Source: Burkholderiales bacterium (GTDB lineage Bacteria > Pseudomonadota > Gammaproteobacteria > Burkholderiales > SG8-39). Taken from it: a DNA stretch of 64,000 nucleotides. The notes below the pieces were generated by a model. That model worked only from the letters and a program-made list of their open reading frames with translations, made no database searches and was not told where the DNA came from. Within the stretch, counting starts at the first letter, position 1. The number at the start of each line of letters is the position of its first letter. A program made the position numbers and the translations under genes. The stretch is taken from positions 12,725 through 76,724 of the forward strand of contig DASRFM010000069.1 in NCBI GenBank assembly GCA_035651575.1, read 5' to 3'. Shown one piece after another: positions 49,497 through 64,000 of the stretch.

Positions 49497-50654
49497 CTAG
49501 TCCGCCTGCTTGCGCAGGAAGGCAGGGATGTCGTACTTGTCGACGCCGCTTTGCTGCAGCGCCTCCACCTGGGAGGCGCGGTTGCGCCGGATGACCGCCG
49601 GCGCGTCGAGCTGCGTGTAGTCCACCGGCCCTGCGACGGGCATGTTGTCGGTCCCCGTCTTCTGCGAGATCACCAGCTGCGGCTTCGGCTGCCGCTGGGC
49701 CTGCGCCAGGCCGAGCCCGGTCGCCACCACCGTGACGCGCAGGTCCTCGGCGAGGCCGTCGTCGTACACGCCGCCGTAGATGATGGTCGCATCCTCCGCG
49801 GCGAAGCTGCGGATGATGTTCATCACCTCCTTCGTCTCGCGCAGCTTCAGGCTCGGCTTCGAGGCGGTGATGTTCACGAGCACGCCGCGCGCGCCGGCGA
49901 GGTTCACGCCCTCGAGCAGCGGGCAGGCGATCGCCTGCTCGGCGGCGATGCGCGCGCGGTCGATGCCGCTCGCGACCGCCGAGCCCATCATCGCCATGCC
50001 CTGCTCCGACATCACCGTGCGCACGTCCTGGAAGTCGACGTTCACGAGCCCCGGGTTGTTGATGATCTCCGCGATGCCCGCGACGGCGTTGTTCAGCACG
50101 TCGTCGGCGGCCTTGAACGCGTCCTCCTGGGTCACGTCCTCGCCGAGCACCTCCTCGAGCCGGTCGTTCAGGATCACGATGAGGGAGTCGACGTGCGGCG
50201 CGAGGTTCTCGATTCCCTCCTCCGCGGTCTTCATGCGCTTCGAGCCCTCGAAGGTGAAGGGCTTGGTCACGACCGCGACCGTGAGGATCCCCAGGCTGCG
50301 CGCGACCTCGGCGATGACCGGGCCGGCGCCGGTGCCGGTGCCGCCGCCCATGCCGGCGGTGATGAACACCATGTGCGCGCCCGCCACGGCCTCCTCGATG
50401 CGGTCGCGGTCGGCGATCGCCACCGCGCGCGCCTCCTCGGGCTTCGCGCCCGCGCCGAGGCCGCTCGCGCCGAGCTGGATCTGGTTGCGCGCCTTGTTGC
50501 GCGCCAGCACCTGGGCGTCGGTGTTCACGGCGATGAACTCCACGCCCTCCACGCCCTGCTCGATCATGTGGTTGACGGCGTTGCCTCCGGCGCCGCCCAC
50601 CCCGATCACCTTGATGACCGGTCCCGTGACCTGACTGTCTACGATCTCGAACAT
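49497..50654 (-). CDS. ftsZ: Cell division GTPase FtsZ
   Basis: 385 aa. Contains VIGVGGAGGNAVNHM, NTDAQ, GMGGGTGTGAGPV and the C-terminal DIPAFLRKQAD. Confidence 0.98.
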   Translation of the reverse strand: MFEIVDSQVTGPVIKVIGVGGAGGNAVNHMIEQGVEGVEFIAVNTDAQVLARNKARNQIQLGASGLGAGAKPEEARAVAIADRDRIEEAVAGAHMVFITAGMGGGTGTGAGPVIAEVARSLGILTVAVVTKPFTFEGSKRMKTAEEGIENLAPHVDSLIVILNDRLEEVLGEDVTQEDAFKAADDVLNNAVAGIAEIINNPGLVNVDFQDVRTVMSEQGMAMMGSAVASGIDRARIAAEQAIACPLLEGVNLAGARGVLVNITASKPSLKLRETKEVMNIIRSFAAEDATIIYGGVYDDGLAEDLRVTVVATGLGLAQAQRQPKPQLVISQKTGTDNMPVAGPVDYTQLDAPAVIRRNRASQVEALQQSGVDKYDIPAFLRKQAD

Positions 50655-50702
50655 AGTTGGTTTTCTCCTTGCCGTTGGTCCATCAAAAGTTGCGTTTGCC
50701 TC

Positions 50703-51931
50703 TTAGAAGTTGCGTTGAAACCACTCCCTCATGCGCCCCAGCACGGCCTTGACCGAGCCGCCCTGGCGCGAAAGCTGCCCATGCTGGATCTGCGACACGC
50801 CCTCGAGGAGCAGGCCCACCGCGGTCGCATAGCGCGGCGTGCGCACCACCTCGGCGAGGCCGCCCTGGTACATCGGCAGCCCGATGCGAACCGGCATGTG
50901 GAAGATCTCCTCGCCGAGCTCCACCATCCCCTGCATCACGGAGGAGCCGCCGGTAAGCACCACGCCGCTCGAAAGCAGCTCCTCGAAGCCCGATTCGCGC
51001 AGCACCTGCTGCACGAGGGTGAAGAGCTCCTCGACGCGCGGCTCGATCACCTCGGCGAGCGTCTGGCGCGACATGGAGCGCGGCGCGCGCTCGCCGATGC
51101 CGGGCACGTCGATCAGGTCGTTCGGGTCCGCGAGCTGGCGCAGCGCCACGCCGTGGCGCGTCTTGATCGTCTCCGCCTCCACGGTCGGCGTGCGCAGCGC
51201 CATGGCGATGTCGTTCGTGATCTGGTCGCCGGCGATCGGGATCACCGCCGTGTGGCGGATCGCGCCGTGCGTGAAGATGGCGATGTCGGTCGTCCCGCCG
51301 CCGATGTCGAGCAGGCAGACGCCGAGATCCTTCTCGTCCTCCGAGAGCACGGCCCGCGAGGAGGCGAGCGGCTGCAGGATCAGGTCGTTCACCTCCAGCC
51401 CGCAGCGCCGCACGCACTTGATGATGTTCTGCGCCGCGGACACCGCGCCGGTGACGATGTGCACCTTCAGCTCGAGGCGCACGCCCGACATGCCGATCGG
51501 CTCGCGCACGTCCTCCTGCCCGTCGATGATGAATTCCTGGCGCAGCACGTGCAGGATCTGCTGGTCGGTGGGGATGTTCACCGCGCGCGCAGTGTCGATT
51601 GCCCGCTCCACGTCGAGCGCCGTGACCTCGCGGTCCTTGATCGCGACCATGCCGGTCGAGTTGAAGCTGCGGATGTGGCTGCCGGCGATGCCGACGAAGG
51701 CCGACTCGATGCGGCAGTCGGCCATCAGCTCGGCCTCCTCCAGTGCGCGCTGGATCGCGGCCACGGTGGCCTCGATGTTCACCACCACGCCCTTTTTCAG
51801 CCCCTTCGACTCGTGGCTTCCCATGCCGAGGATCTCGAGGGAGGCGTCGGGCCTGAGCTCGGCCACGAGGCAGGCGACCTTCGACGTGCCGATGTCGAGC
51901 GCCACGACGAGGTTCTTGGTTTCCTTGGCCA

Positions 51932-51932
<1 letters not shown>
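50703..51932 (-). CDS. ftsA: Cell division protein FtsA
   Basis: ATG at 51932 overlaps the ftsQ stop (TGATG). 409 aa. Contains VVALDIGTSKV and DIGGGTTDIAIF. Confidence 0.96.
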
Positions 51933-54438
<2,506 letters not shown>

Positions 54439-54442
<4 letters not shown>

Positions 54443-55815
54443 GCGAGCTGCGCGGGCACGTTGCCGATGGAGCCGGCGCCCATGGTGAGCACGACGTCGC
54501 CATCCTTCGCCGTGCGGCGGATCGCGTCGGCCATCGCGTTGATGTCCTCGACGAAGAGCGGCTCGACCTTGCCGTACACGCGCAACGCCCGCGCGAGCGA
54601 GCGCGAGTCGGCGGCGACGATCGGCGCCTCGCCGGCGGCATACACCTCGGCGAGCAGCACCGCGTCCGCCGTGGAGAGCACCTTGACGAAGTCCTCGAAC
54701 AGATCGCGCGTGCGGCTGTAGCGGTGCGGCTGGAACGCGAGCACCAGGCGGCGCCCCGGGAAGGCGCCGCGCGCCGCCTCGAGCGTCGCCGCCATCTCGG
54801 CGGGGTGGTGGCCGTAGTCGTCTACGAGTGTGAAGGTGCCGCCGCCGTGCGCCGCGATGTCGCCGTAGTTGTGGAAGCGCCGTCCTACCCCGCGGAACTC
54901 CGCGAGCGCCTTGAGGAGCGCGGCGTCCGGCACGCCGAGCTCTCCCGCGACCGCGATCGCGGCAAGCGCGTTGAGCACGTTGTGGCGTCCGGGCAGGTTG
55001 AGCGTCACCTCGAGCGGCGCCTGCTTCTCGCGCAGCGCGCGGAAGCACATGCGGCTGCCTTCGGGCTCGATCGCCTCGGCGCGCACCATTGCGTCGGGCG
55101 AGGTGCCGTACGTGAGCGCGGGCTTCGCCACCGACGGCAGGATCGCGCGCAGGTTCTCGTCGTCCAGGCACAGGATCGCCGAGCCGTAGAACGGCAGGTT
55201 CTGCAGGAACTGCACGAACGCCTGCTTGAGCTTGCCGAAGTCCTGCTCGTAGGTGTCCATGTGGTCGGCGTCGATGTTCGTCACTACGGCGATCACTGGC
55301 TGCAGGTGCAGGAACGAGGCGTCCGACTCGTCCGCCTCCGCGACGATGAAGTCGCCCGCACCCAGGCGGGCGTTGCTGCCGGCGGCGTTCAGGCGCCCGC
55401 CGATGACGAACGTCGGATCGAGCCCGGCCTCCGCCAGCACGCTCGCCACGAGGCTCGTGGTGGTCGTCTTGCCGTGCGTGCCGGCAATCGCCACGCCTTG
55501 CTTGAGCCGCATCAGCTCGGCGAGCATCAGGGCGCGCGGCACGACCGGGATGCGCTTCTCGCGCGCCGCGACGAGCTCCGGGTTGTCGGCCCGGACTGCG
55601 CTCGACACGACCACCGCGTCGGCGCCGTTCACGTGCTGCGCGGCGTGCCCGAGCGCCACCTTCGCGCCGAGGGACGCGAGGCGGCGCGTGGCGGCATTTT
55701 CCGCAAGATCGGAGCCGCTCACCTTGTAGCCGAGGTTCGCGAGCACTTCGGCGATGCCGCTCATGCCCGAGCCGCCGATGCCGACGAAGTGGATGCGGCG
55801 CACCTTGTGCTTCAT
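54439..55815 (-). CDS. murC: UDP-N-acetylmuramate--L-alanine ligase
   Basis: ATG at 55815 overlaps the murG stop as ATGA. 458 aa. Contains [27 protein letters not shown] and DDYGHHP. Confidence 0.96.
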
Positions 55816-56873
55816 GCGCGCGCCTCCGCCAGCTCGATGCAGCGGCGCGCCACGAGCCGCGCGGCATCGGGCTTGCCGAGCGCGCGCGCCTTCTGCGCCA
55901 TGGCGAGCAACTTCGGCCGGTCGAGCGAGCCGATGAGCTGCGCAAGCCGCTCCGGGGCGAGCTCGCCCTGCGGCAGCAGCAGCGCCGCGCCGCGCTCGGA
56001 CAGAAAGCGCGCGTTCGCCGTCTGGTGATCGTCCACGGCGTGCGGATAGGGCACCAGCACGCTCGCCATGCCGCCTGCCGAGAGCTCCGCGATGGTGACG
56101 GCGCCGGCGCGGCAGATCACCAGGTCGGCCTCGGCGTAGCGCCGCGCCATGTCGTCGATGAACGCAAGGAGCTCGCCCTGCACCCCCTGCTTCCGGTACT
56201 CCTGCTGCAGAAATTCCAGGTGCTTCTCGCCGGACTGGTGCACAACGCGCGGCCGCGGGTCGAGGAGCGCGAGCGCCTTCGGCAGCGCCTCGTTCAGCGC
56301 CTGCGCGCCGAGGCTGCCGCCGACCACGAGAATGCGCAGCGGCCCGCTGCGGTCCCGGAATCGGTGCTCGGGCGCCTGCAGGGAAGCGATCGCGCCGCGC
56401 ACCGGGTTGCCGGTCCATTCGGCGCTCTTCAGCGCGCCGGGGAAGGCGACCATCACCTTGTCCGCGACGCCGGCAAGCACGCGGTTCGCGAGCCCCGCGA
56501 TCGCGTTCTGCTCGTGCAGCGCGAGCGGCCGGTTGAGGAGCGAGGCCATCATTCCGCCCGGGAAGGCGACGTAGCCGCCGAGGCCGAGCACCACGTCGGG
56601 GCGGATGCGGCGCAGCTCGCGCGCGCTCTCCCAGAAGGAGAGCAGCAGGTTCGCCGGCAGCAGCAGCTTCTGCATCAGGCCCTTGCCGCGCGCGGCGCGC
56701 GCCCGGATCCACGCGCCCGGATAGCCGTGCTTCGGCACGAGGCGCTCCTCCATGCCGCCGCGGTTGCCCATCCAGACGACCCGCCAGCCGGCGTCGCGCA
56801 TCTCGTCGGCGACCGCGAGCCCCGGAAAGATGTGCCCGCCCGTGCCGCCGGCCATGATGACGATGGTCTTCAT
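55812..56873 (-). CDS. murG: Undecaprenyldiphospho-muramoylpentapeptide beta-N-acetylglucosaminyltransferase
   Basis: ATG at 56873 overlaps the ftsW stop as ATGA. 353 aa. Contains [16 protein letters not shown] and [10 protein letters not shown]. Confidence 0.95.
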   Translation of the reverse strand: MKTIVIMAGGTGGHIFPGLAVADEMRDAGWRVVWMGNRGGMEERLVPKHGYPGAWIRARAARGKGLMQKLLLPANLLLSFWESARELRRIRPDVVLGLGGYVAFPGGMMASLLNRPLALHEQNAIAGLANRVLAGVADKVMVAFPGALKSAEWTGNPVRGAIASLQAPEHRFRDRSGPLRILVVGGSLGAQALNEALPKALALLDPRPRVVHQSGEKHLEFLQQEYRKQGVQGELLAFIDDMARRYAEADLVICRAGAVTIAELSAGGMASVLVPYPHAVDDHQTANARFLSERGAALLLPQGELAPERLAQLIGSLDRPKLLAMAQKARALGKPDAARLVARRCIELAEARA

Positions 56874-58033
56874 GCCGGCATCCCTCGCGCCAGCTGGCGG
56901 TTTTCCCAGTCGATCCGCAGAAGCAGCGCGAGCGCCACAAAGTTGACCACCAGGCCCGAGCCGCCGTAGCTCATGAGCGGGAGCGTCAGCCCCTTGGTCG
57001 GCAGCAGCCCGGTGTTCACGCCCATGTTGATGAGGCTCTGGAAGCCGATCCAGATGCCGATGCCCTGCGCCGCGAGCGCGGCGAAATGCCGCTCGCGCAG
57101 GGTCGCCTGGCGGCCGATGGCGAAGGCGCGCGCCACGATCCAGGCGAAGAGCGCAATCACCACCGCGACCCCGGCGAAGCCGAGCTCCTCCGCGATCACG
57201 GCGAGCAGGAAGTCGGTGTGCGCTTCGGGCAGGTAGTGCAGCTTCTCCACGCTGGCGCCCAGGCCCACGCCGAGCCACTCGCCGCGGCCGAACGCGATGA
57301 GCGCATGCGAGAGCTGGTAGCCGCGCCCGAAGGGATCGGACCACGGGTCCATGAACCCGAAGATCCGCTGCATGCGGTAGGGCGAGGAGACCACGAGCAG
57401 CGTGAACCCGGCCGCGAGCATGCCGACGAGGGCGGCGAAGTGGCGCCCGTTCATGCCGCCGAGGAAGAGGATGCCGAACGCCGTGACCGCGATCACCACG
57501 AGGGCGCCGAAGTCCGGCTCGCGCAGCAGGAGCCACGAGACGAGCAGCATCACCACCAGCATCGGCAGCAGGCCCTTCCTGAAGCTCTTCATCACTGCGT
57601 GCTTGCGGGCGGTGTAGTCGGCCGCGTAGAGCACCGCCGCGAGCTTCATCACTTCCGAGGGCTGGACGCTCACGAGCGGCAGCGAGAGCCAGCGCCGCGC
57701 GCCGTTCACCTCGCGGCCGAGGCCCGGCACGAGGACGACGACGAGAAGCGCGATGCCCGCCACGAAGAGCCACGGCGCGGCGATCTGCCAGCCGCGCACC
57801 GGAAGGAGGAACACGGCGATCGCTGCGCCGAGCGACGCGGCGAGGAAAAGCGCGTGGCGCACGAGGAACCAGGCGGCGTTGTTGGCGGTGAAGCGGCTCG
57901 TCTCCGCGGTGGCGATCGAGGCCGAATACACCATCACGAGGCCGCCGGCGGCGAGGATCAGCGCGGCCCAGGCGAGCGAGCGGTCGTATTCCGCGCTCGG
58001 CGCAGTGCGCGCGAAGACATAGGTCGCGCTCAC
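56870..58033 (-). CDS. ftsW: Peptidoglycan glycosyltransferase FtsW (SEDS family)
   Basis: GTG at 58033..58031 overlaps the murD stop as GTGA. 387 aa polytopic protein. Contains ...QPSEVMKLA...PDFG...LPEAHTDF...[18 protein letters not shown]. Confidence 0.93.
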   Translation of the reverse strand: MSATYVFARTAPSAEYDRSLAWAALILAAGGLVMVYSASIATAETSRFTANNAAWFLVRHALFLAASLGAAIAVFLLPVRGWQIAAPWLFVAGIALLVVVLVPGLGREVNGARRWLSLPLVSVQPSEVMKLAAVLYAADYTARKHAVMKSFRKGLLPMLVVMLLVSWLLLREPDFGALVVIAVTAFGILFLGGMNGRHFAALVGMLAAGFTLLVVSSPYRMQRIFGFMDPWSDPFGRGYQLSHALIAFGRGEWLGVGLGASVEKLHYLPEAHTDFLLAVIAEELGFAGVAVVIALFAWIVARAFAIGRQATLRERHFAALAAQGIGIWIGFQSLINMGVNTGLLPTKGLTLPLMSYGGSGLVVNFVALALLLRIDWENRQLARGMPA

Positions 58034-59409
58034 GCGGAAAGCCTCTTCACCGCCGCGACGAAGACCTCGCCGCGCTGCTTGTAGTCGCGGAACATGTCGA
58101 AGCTCGCGCACGCCGGCGAGAGGAGCACCGCGTCCCCGGCGACCGCCTCGCGCGCCGCGGCGGCCACGGCCTCCTCGAGCGACCGCTGCCGCTCGAGCGG
58201 AACGCCGCTCGAGGCGAGGGCGCGCTCGATGAGCGGCGCGTCGCGCCCGATGAGCAGCACCTTCTTCGCGAACTGCGACACGGGCAGCGCGAGCGGCGAG
58301 AAGTCCTGCCCCTTGCCGTCGCCGCCGGCGATGAGGAAGACGGGCCTTCCCAGGCCGGCGAGGGCCGCCGCCGTCGCGCCCACGTTCGTGCCCTTGGAGT
58401 CGTCGTACCACTGGACGCCGTTTCGGGTCGCGACGAGCTCCATCCGGTGCGGCAGCCCCCGAAAGGTGCGCAGGCCCGCGCCGAGCGCGTTGAGCGCGAC
58501 GCCCATGGAACGCGCCAGCGCGCACGCGGCGAGCGCGTTGGACGCGTTGTGCAGACCGCGAATCGGCAGTTCGTCCAGCGGCAGGATTTCCGTATCGCCC
58601 TGCACGAGGTGACCGTCGCGCAGGCCGAAATCCATGACGCGGGCCGGCGCATCGAGCCCGAATGTCATGTGCGCGGCGCCTTCCCGGATCATTGCGATGG
58701 AGTGCCGGTCGTCGCGATTCAGCACCTGGATGCCGTCGCCCATGAAGATGCGGGCCTTCGCCGCGCCGTAGTCTTCGAGGCCGGCGTAGCGATCGAGGTG
58801 GTCCTCGCTCAGGTTGAGGAGCGCGGCGGCGTCGGGCGCCAGTGACCAGGCGGTCTCGAGCTGATAGCTCGAGAGCTCGAGCACCCAGACCGCGGGCGGC
58901 GAAGCCTTGCGCGCGGCGAGCGCCGCGAGCGCGGCGGGCCCGATGTTGCCGGCGCTCTCGCAGTCGACGCCGGCGGCGCGCAGCAGGTGCGCAGCGAGCG
59001 CGGTGACGGTGGTCTTGCCGTTGGTGCCCGTGACGCCCAGCACCTTCGAGCGCGTGCTGCCGCGCACGTGCCAGGCGAAGAGCTCGATGTCGCCGACGAC
59101 CGGGATGTTCCTCGCTTTTGCTTCGAGGACGATCGGCTGCTCGAGCGGCAGCCCGGGACTGACGCAGAGCAGGTCGATGCCCTCGAGGAGCGCAGAGCTG
59201 AATGCGCCGGTGTGGAGCTCGCCCCGATAGTCGGCGGTGCGCGGCGGCGCGGCGCGCGTGTCGGCGACGCGCACCTTGCCGCCTTCGCCCTCGATCCAGC
59301 GCGCGGCCGACAGACCGGTATCGCCGAGGCCGAGCACCAGCACCCGCTTGCCGCGCAGCGCGGCCGGCGTGGGGCGCTTGAGGGAAGCGAAGGCGGGCTC
59401 GCGCATCAT
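58030..59409 (-). CDS. murD: UDP-N-acetylmuramoylalanine--D-glutamate ligase
   Basis: ATG at 59409 overlaps the mraY stop as ATGA. 459 aa. Contains [21 protein letters not shown] and [10 protein letters not shown]. Confidence 0.95.
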   Translation of the reverse strand: MMREPAFASLKRPTPAALRGKRVLVLGLGDTGLSAARWIEGEGGKVRVADTRAAPPRTADYRGELHTGAFSSALLEGIDLLCVSPGLPLEQPIVLEAKARNIPVVGDIELFAWHVRGSTRSKVLGVTGTNGKTTVTALAAHLLRAAGVDCESAGNIGPAALAALAARKASPPAVWVLELSSYQLETAWSLAPDAAALLNLSEDHLDRYAGLEDYGAAKARIFMGDGIQVLNRDDRHSIAMIREGAAHMTFGLDAPARVMDFGLRDGHLVQGDTEILPLDELPIRGLHNASNALAACALARSMGVALNALGAGLRTFRGLPHRMELVATRNGVQWYDDSKGTNVGATAAALAGLGRPVFLIAGGDGKGQDFSPLALPVSQFAKKVLLIGRDAPLIERALASSGVPLERQRSLEEAVAAAAREAVAGDAVLLSPACASFDMFRDYKQRGEVFVAAVKRLSA

Positions 59410-60497
59410 CGCAGCTTCAGCGTGGAAAGGCCGAAGAGCACCAGCATCATGGTGATGATCCAGAAGCGCACCACGACCTGGCTCTCCTTCCAGCCCTCGA
59501 GCTCGTAGTGGTGGTGCAGCGGCGCCATGCGGAAGATGCGCTTGCCGCCGCTGTACTTGAAGTAGAGCACCTGGATCATCACCGACAGCGTCTCGGCGAC
59601 GAAGACGCCGCCCATGATGAAGAGCACAATCTCCTGGCGCACGATCACGGCGATCGTGCCCAGCGCGGCGCCGAGGGCGAGCGCGCCGACGTCGCCCATG
59701 AAGACCTCCGCCGGGTAGGCGTTGAACCAGAGGAAGCCCAGGCCCGCGCCCGCGAGCGCGCCGCAGATGACGGCGAGCTCGCCGGCGCCGGCGATGTACG
59801 GCAGGCCGAGGTACTTGGAGAAGACCGCGTTGCCCGCCACGTAGGCGAAGATGCCGAGGGCGCTGCCCACGAGCACGGTCGGCATGATGGCGAGGCCGTC
59901 GAGGCCGTCGGTGAGGTTCACGGCATTCGACGTGCCGACGATCACGAAGAAGGTGAGCACGACGAAGCCGAGCGTGCCCAGCGGATAGGCGACGAACTTG
60001 AAGAACGGCACGATCAGCTGGTTGAGCGCCGGCATGCTCTGCGCGAGATAAGCGAGGTAGGCTGCGGCGAGCACGCCGATCACCGATTGCCAGAAGAGCT
60101 TCGCCTTCGGCGACAGCCCCTTCGGGTTGCGGTGCACGACCTTGCGGTAGTCGTCCACCCAGCCGACGATGCCGAAGGCGAGCGTGACGAGCAGCACCAC
60201 CCACACCAGGCGATTGCGCAGGTCGCCCCAGAGCAGCGTCGTCAGGCAGATCGAGACGAGAATCAGCGCCCCGCCCATGGTCGGCGTGCCCGCCTTGGTG
60301 AGGTGCGAGCGCGGGCCGTCGTCGCGCACTGCCTGGCCGATCTTGTAGGCGGTGAGCTTGCGAATCACGTACGGCCCGAGGATGAGCGAGATGGCGAGCG
60401 CCGTGAGCGTCGCGAGCACCGCGCGCAGCGTGAGGTAGTTGAAGACGTTGAAGAGCCGGACATCCTTCGCGAGCCATTGCGCGAGCTCCAGGAGCAC
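59406..60497 (-). CDS. mraY: Phospho-N-acetylmuramoyl-pentapeptide transferase
   Basis: 363 aa. Contains [29 protein letters not shown] and MAPLHHHYE. Confidence 0.97.
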   Translation of the reverse strand: MLLELAQWLAKDVRLFNVFNYLTLRAVLATLTALAISLILGPYVIRKLTAYKIGQAVRDDGPRSHLTKAGTPTMGGALILVSICLTTLLWGDLRNRLVWVVLLVTLAFGIVGWVDDYRKVVHRNPKGLSPKAKLFWQSVIGVLAAAYLAYLAQSMPALNQLIVPFFKFVAYPLGTLGFVVLTFFVIVGTSNAVNLTDGLDGLAIMPTVLVGSALGIFAYVAGNAVFSKYLGLPYIAGAGELAVICGALAGAGLGFLWFNAYPAEVFMGDVGALALGAALGTIAVIVRQEIVLFIMGGVFVAETLSVMIQVLYFKYSGGKRIFRMAPLHHHYELEGWKESQVVVRFWIITMMLVLFGLSTLKLR

Positions 60498-60519
60498 TAG
60501 TGCGACCCTCCGGCGGGCA

Positions 60520-61878
60520 TCAGTGGCCCCCCTTTTCGCCGGTCAGCGCCGCCACGACGCGTTCCATGCGCATGAAGCGCGATCCCTTCACCAGCAGCGT
60601 CACGCCGGGCGACGCGCGCTCCTTGACGATGTGGACGAGAGCGTCGATCGACTCGGCGTGATGGCCGGCGGCGCCGAACGCCTCGACGGAAGACTTCGTG
60701 GCCTCGCCGATGGCGAAGAGGCTCGAGATCTGCCGCGACAGCGCGTACGCGCCGATCTCGCGGTGGAACTCGGCGCCATGCTCGCCCACTTCGCCCATAT
60801 CGCCGAGGACGAGGACGGTGGGCGCCGGACACGAGGCGAGGACGTCGATCGCCGCGCGCACCGAGTCCGGGTTGGCGTTGTAGCTGTCATCGATCACCGT
60901 CGCGCCGCTCGCCGCCTGCTTGACCTGCAGCCGCCCGGTATACGGGCGGAAGGCGCTGAGCCCCTCGGCGATCCTTGCGGGAGGAATGTCGATCGAAGCC
61001 GCGCAGGCCGCCGCCGCGAGCGCGTTGCGCACGTTGTGCACGCCCGGGATCGCGAGCGTCGCGCGCGCCTCGCCGGCAGGCGTGCGCAGCTCGATGTCGC
61101 TGGAGAGATGGCCGAGCGCGTAGCGCCCGCTCACCGTGCCCGCCGCCGTGCCGAAATCCACCACCCGCCGGCCGCCGGCGCGCCGGCGGAAATACGCAGC
61201 ATGAGGATCGTCCGCGTTGACCACCGCGACGCCGTCGGGCCCGAGCGCGTCGTAGACGGTCGCGTTCTCCTCGGCGACTTCCTCGACGGAGCGCATGAAT
61301 TCGAGGTGCTCGCGCTGCGCGTTGTTCACGAGCGCCACGGTCGGCTGGGCGATGCCGGCAAGGTAGGCGATCTCGCCCTTGTGGTTCATGCCGAGCTCGA
61401 CCACGCCGCAGCGGTGGTCCTCGCGCAGCTTGAGCACGGTGAGCGGCACGCCGATGTCATTGTTCAGGTTGCCGGCGGTGGCGAGCACGGCCTGCGGCCC
61501 CGCCGCGCGGCGCAGGATCGCCGCGATCATCTCCTTTACCGTCGTCTTGCCGTTCGACCCGGTGACCGCGATCAGGGCGAGCTTGAAGCGCGCGCGCCAG
61601 CGGCGCGCCAGGTCTCCCAGCGCCCGCTTGCTGTCCTCGACGACCACGACTGGCAGGGGGAAGGGGCCGCTGTAGCGCCGGTCCACCATCGCGCCCGCCG
61701 CGCCGCCGGCGGCCGCGGCCTCGAGGAAGTCGTGCCCGTCGAAGCGCTCGCCGCGCAGCGCGACGAAAAGGTCGCCGCGGGCGAGCGTGCGCGTATCGCT
61801 GCTCACTCCGCCGAAGGCGGCCGATGCGCCGCTCACGCGCCCGGCAACGGCTTCCGCGGCTTCGGCGAGCGTCATCAT
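60520..61878 (-). CDS. murF: UDP-N-acetylmuramoyl-tripeptide--D-alanyl-D-alanine ligase
   Basis: 452 aa. The ATG overlaps the murE stop as ATGA. Contains [13 protein letters not shown] and [10 protein letters not shown]. Confidence 0.95.
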   Translation of the reverse strand: MMTLAEAAEAVAGRVSGASAAFGGVSSDTRTLARGDLFVALRGERFDGHDFLEAAAAGGAAGAMVDRRYSGPFPLPVVVVEDSKRALGDLARRWRARFKLALIAVTGSNGKTTVKEMIAAILRRAAGPQAVLATAGNLNNDIGVPLTVLKLREDHRCGVVELGMNHKGEIAYLAGIAQPTVALVNNAQREHLEFMRSVEEVAEENATVYDALGPDGVAVVNADDPHAAYFRRRAGGRRVVDFGTAAGTVSGRYALGHLSSDIELRTPAGEARATLAIPGVHNVRNALAAAACAASIDIPPARIAEGLSAFRPYTGRLQVKQAASGATVIDDSYNANPDSVRAAIDVLASCPAPTVLVLGDMGEVGEHGAEFHREIGAYALSRQISSLFAIGEATKSSVEAFGAAGHHAESIDALVHIVKERASPGVTLLVKGSRFMRMERVVAALTGEKGGH

Positions 61879-63341
61879 GCGCTGCCTTTCCCGAGCGCGG
61901 CGCGCGCCACCGCGGCATCCGAGAACGGCAGGCGCGTGCCCCGGATCTCCTGGTACTCCTCGTGGCCCTTGCCCGCAATCAGCACCACATCGCGCGGCGC
62001 CGCCTCTGCGATCGCCCTGCGGATCGCCGCCTCGCGCTGGGGCTCGACGTCGTGCGCGCGGCGCATGCCGGCCTCGATGTCGCGCAGGATGGCGAGCGGC
62101 TCCTCGCTGCGCGGGTTGTCCGAGGTGAGCCAGACGCGGTCGGCGAGGCGCTCGGCGAGCTCGCCCATCACGGGCCGCTTCGCGGGATCGCGGTCGCCGC
62201 CGGCGCCGAACACCACCGCGAGACGCCCGCCGCGCGCGCTCGCGACCGGCCGCAATGCCGCGAGGACTTTCTCCAGCGCATCCGGCGTGTGCGCGTAGTC
62301 CACGACCACGAGCGGCTCCTCCGCGACGCGCTCCATGCGCCCGCGGACCGCCGGCAGGGTCTCGAGGCGCCCGGCCGCCTGCAAGAACGGCACGCCCGAG
62401 GCGACGAGGCAGCCCAGAACGCCGAGCGCGTTGGCGACGTTGAAGCGCCCGAGCTGGCGGAAACGGACCGCCGCCTCGCCCCAGCTCGAGACGAGCTCCA
62501 GGCGATCCGCCGCGATGGCGCGCGCCGCGATGAATTCGCTCACGCCGCCCGGCGCGGCGCCGGCCGGAGAGAGGCTGTAGCCGATCGTGCGCACGCCGCG
62601 CGCGGCGAGCCGGCGGGCAAGCTGCACGCCGAATACGTCGTCGAGATTCAGGACCGCCGCGGAAAGCCCCGGCGCGTCGAAGAGGCGCGCCTTCGCCTCG
62701 CCGTACGCTTCCATGGAGCCGTGGTAGTCGAGATGGTCGTGCGTGAGGTTGGTGAAAAGCGCGCAGTCGAACGCCACCGCGTTCACGCGGCCCTGCACGA
62801 GGCCGTGCGAGGAGACTTCCATCGCTGCGGCGCGCGCGCCGGCGCGCAGGAACTCACGCAGCAGCCGATGCACTTCAAGCGCGTCGGGCGTGGTGTTCAT
62901 GCCGGCGGCGAGCGCGCCCGGGAATCCGCTGCCGAGCGTGCCGAGGACCGCGGCCTTCGTGCCGCACTCGCCGAGCGCGGCGGCGATCCACTGGCTGGAG
63001 GAGGTCTTGCCGTTGGTGCCGGTGACGCCGCAGACCCACAGCGATTCCGAAGGCCGGCCGTAGAACTCGTGGGCGAGCGACCCGGCGCGCTCCTTGAGGC
63101 CGCTCAGCGGCGCGTTCGGCAGGCGCAGGTCCGCCGGCCACTCGAACCCGCGGTCGTCCCACACCACGGCCGACGCGCCGCGGCGCACGGCGTCGCCGAT
63201 ATAGCGGCGGCCGTCGGCCTGCTCGCCCGGGTAGGCGAAGAACGCGACGCCGGGCGCGCAGCGCCGGCTGTCCGAGGAGAGTCGCTCGATCATCGCGCCC
63301 TGCGAAGCGAGCCGGGCGAAGAGCTCCGGTGCGCCGTCCAT
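61875..63341 (-). CDS. murE: UDP-N-acetylmuramoyl-L-alanyl-D-glutamate--2,6-diaminopimelate ligase
   Basis: 488 aa. Contains [27 protein letters not shown] and GAGGDRD. Confidence 0.95.
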   Translation of the reverse strand: MDGAPELFARLASQGAMIERLSSDSRRCAPGVAFFAYPGEQADGRRYIGDAVRRGASAVVWDDRGFEWPADLRLPNAPLSGLKERAGSLAHEFYGRPSESLWVCGVTGTNGKTSSSQWIAAALGECGTKAAVLGTLGSGFPGALAAGMNTTPDALEVHRLLREFLRAGARAAAMEVSSHGLVQGRVNAVAFDCALFTNLTHDHLDYHGSMEAYGEAKARLFDAPGLSAAVLNLDDVFGVQLARRLAARGVRTIGYSLSPAGAAPGGVSEFIAARAIAADRLELVSSWGEAAVRFRQLGRFNVANALGVLGCLVASGVPFLQAAGRLETLPAVRGRMERVAEEPLVVVDYAHTPDALEKVLAALRPVASARGGRLAVVFGAGGDRDPAKRPVMGELAERLADRVWLTSDNPRSEEPLAILRDIEAGMRRAHDVEPQREAAIRRAIAEAAPRDVVLIAGKGHEEYQEIRGTRLPFSDAAVARAALGKGSA

Positions 63342-63348
63342 CGCCCCC

Positions 63349-64000
63349 TCACGTGCTTTCTTTCGCTTCCTCGCCAGGCAGCTCGAGCGGCTCGAGCGGC
63401 GCGTCGTGCGGCACGCCGAGCAGGCGCAGCGCGCCCTGCATCACCTGTGCGAAGACCGGCGCCGCGACCGCGCCGCCGTAGTACTCGCCCGCCGAGGGCT
63501 CGTCCAGCATCACCGCTATCACGAGGCGCGGCGCCGACGCCGGGGCGAAGCCGACGAAGGAAGAGATGTACTTGTTGGCCGCATAGCTGCCGTTTTCCTG
63601 CTTGTGCGCCGTGCCGGTCTTGCCCGCGACGCGCCAGCCCATGATGCGGGCGCGCGGCCCGGTGCCGCCGGGCTGCACCGCGAGCTCGAGCATGGCGCGC
63701 ACTTCCCGCGCCGCCTCGGTGGAGAGCACTTTCTCGCCTGCGGCGGGCGCTCCGGCTTTGACCAGCGTGAGCGGCACCAATTCCCCGTCGCGGGCGAACA
63801 CGGTGTAGGCGCGCGCGAGCTGCAGCAGGCTCACGGAGATGCCGTGGCCGTAGGCCATCGTCGCCTGCTCGATCGGGTGCCAGGTCCGGTAGTTGCGCAG
63901 GCGGCCTGCGGCGGCGCCCGGGAAGCCGAGCTCCGGCGCGGTGCCGAAGCCCACCCGCCGGAAGAGGTCCCACATCGCCTCCCGGGGCAGGCCGAGCGCG
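63349..64000 (-). CDS. ftsI: Peptidoglycan D,D-transpeptidase FtsI (PBP3), C-terminal part (continues beyond window end)
   Basis: Contains ...AYGHGISVSLLQLARAY..., KTGTA (KTG motif) and ...SSFVGFAPAS.... The frame is open to the window edge. Confidence 0.9.
   Translation of the reverse strand, partial: ALGLPREAMWDLFRRVGFGTAPELGFPGAAAGRLRNYRTWHPIEQATMAYGHGISVSLLQLARAYTVFARDGELVPLTLVKAGAPAAGEKVLSTEAAREVRAMLELAVQPGGTGPRARIMGWRVAGKTGTAHKQENGSYAANKYISSFVGFAPASAPRLVIAVMLDEPSAGEYYGGAVAAPVFAQVMQGALRLLGVPHDAPLEPLELPGEEAKEST

Overview
Visibly GC-rich (about two-thirds G+C by eye, not computed), very gene-dense chromosomal core region. Gene content and order look betaproteobacterial: recA-recX-alaS, rpsP-rimM-trmD-rplS, ribBA-ribH-nusB-thiL-pgpA, ffh/ypjD-corC, pilC-pilD-coaE-zapD-yacG, secA-argJ, and a complete dcw cluster ftsI-murE-murF-mraY-murD-ftsW-murG-murC-murB-ddl-ftsQ-ftsA-ftsZ-(PAS)-lpxC. 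I call about 68 protein genes, most on the minus strand, and many are joined by 1-nt or 4-nt stop/start overlaps. I saw no tRNA, rRNA, CRISPR array or transposase. Many long ORFs in the track are antisense or 5'-extension artefacts of the high GC content and were trimmed or discarded. The observations most worth follow-up are listed here.
- A Phe-codon-rich leader peptide with a terminator/antiterminator switch lies directly upstream of the DAHP synthase gene.
- The alanyl-tRNA synthetase carries an in-frame insertion of about 109 aa.
- A four-gene, translationally coupled arsS-type radical-SAM operon has no arsM nearby.
- An AmmeMemoRadiSam module (B-A fusion plus radical SAM) is coupled to a DUF938 methyltransferase.
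- A 23-nt tandem triplication at the pilD/coaE junction creates a relay of GTGA-coupled mini-ORFs.
- Two genes (thiL, DUF938) have conserved N-termini that can only be reached from a CTG inside a CTGA stop/start overlap.
- A class III cyclase overlaps a SYLF-domain secreted protein.
- An output-less triple-PAS protein sits between ftsZ and lpxC.
All functional calls rest on my recognition of conserved motifs in the translations. No database search was run.
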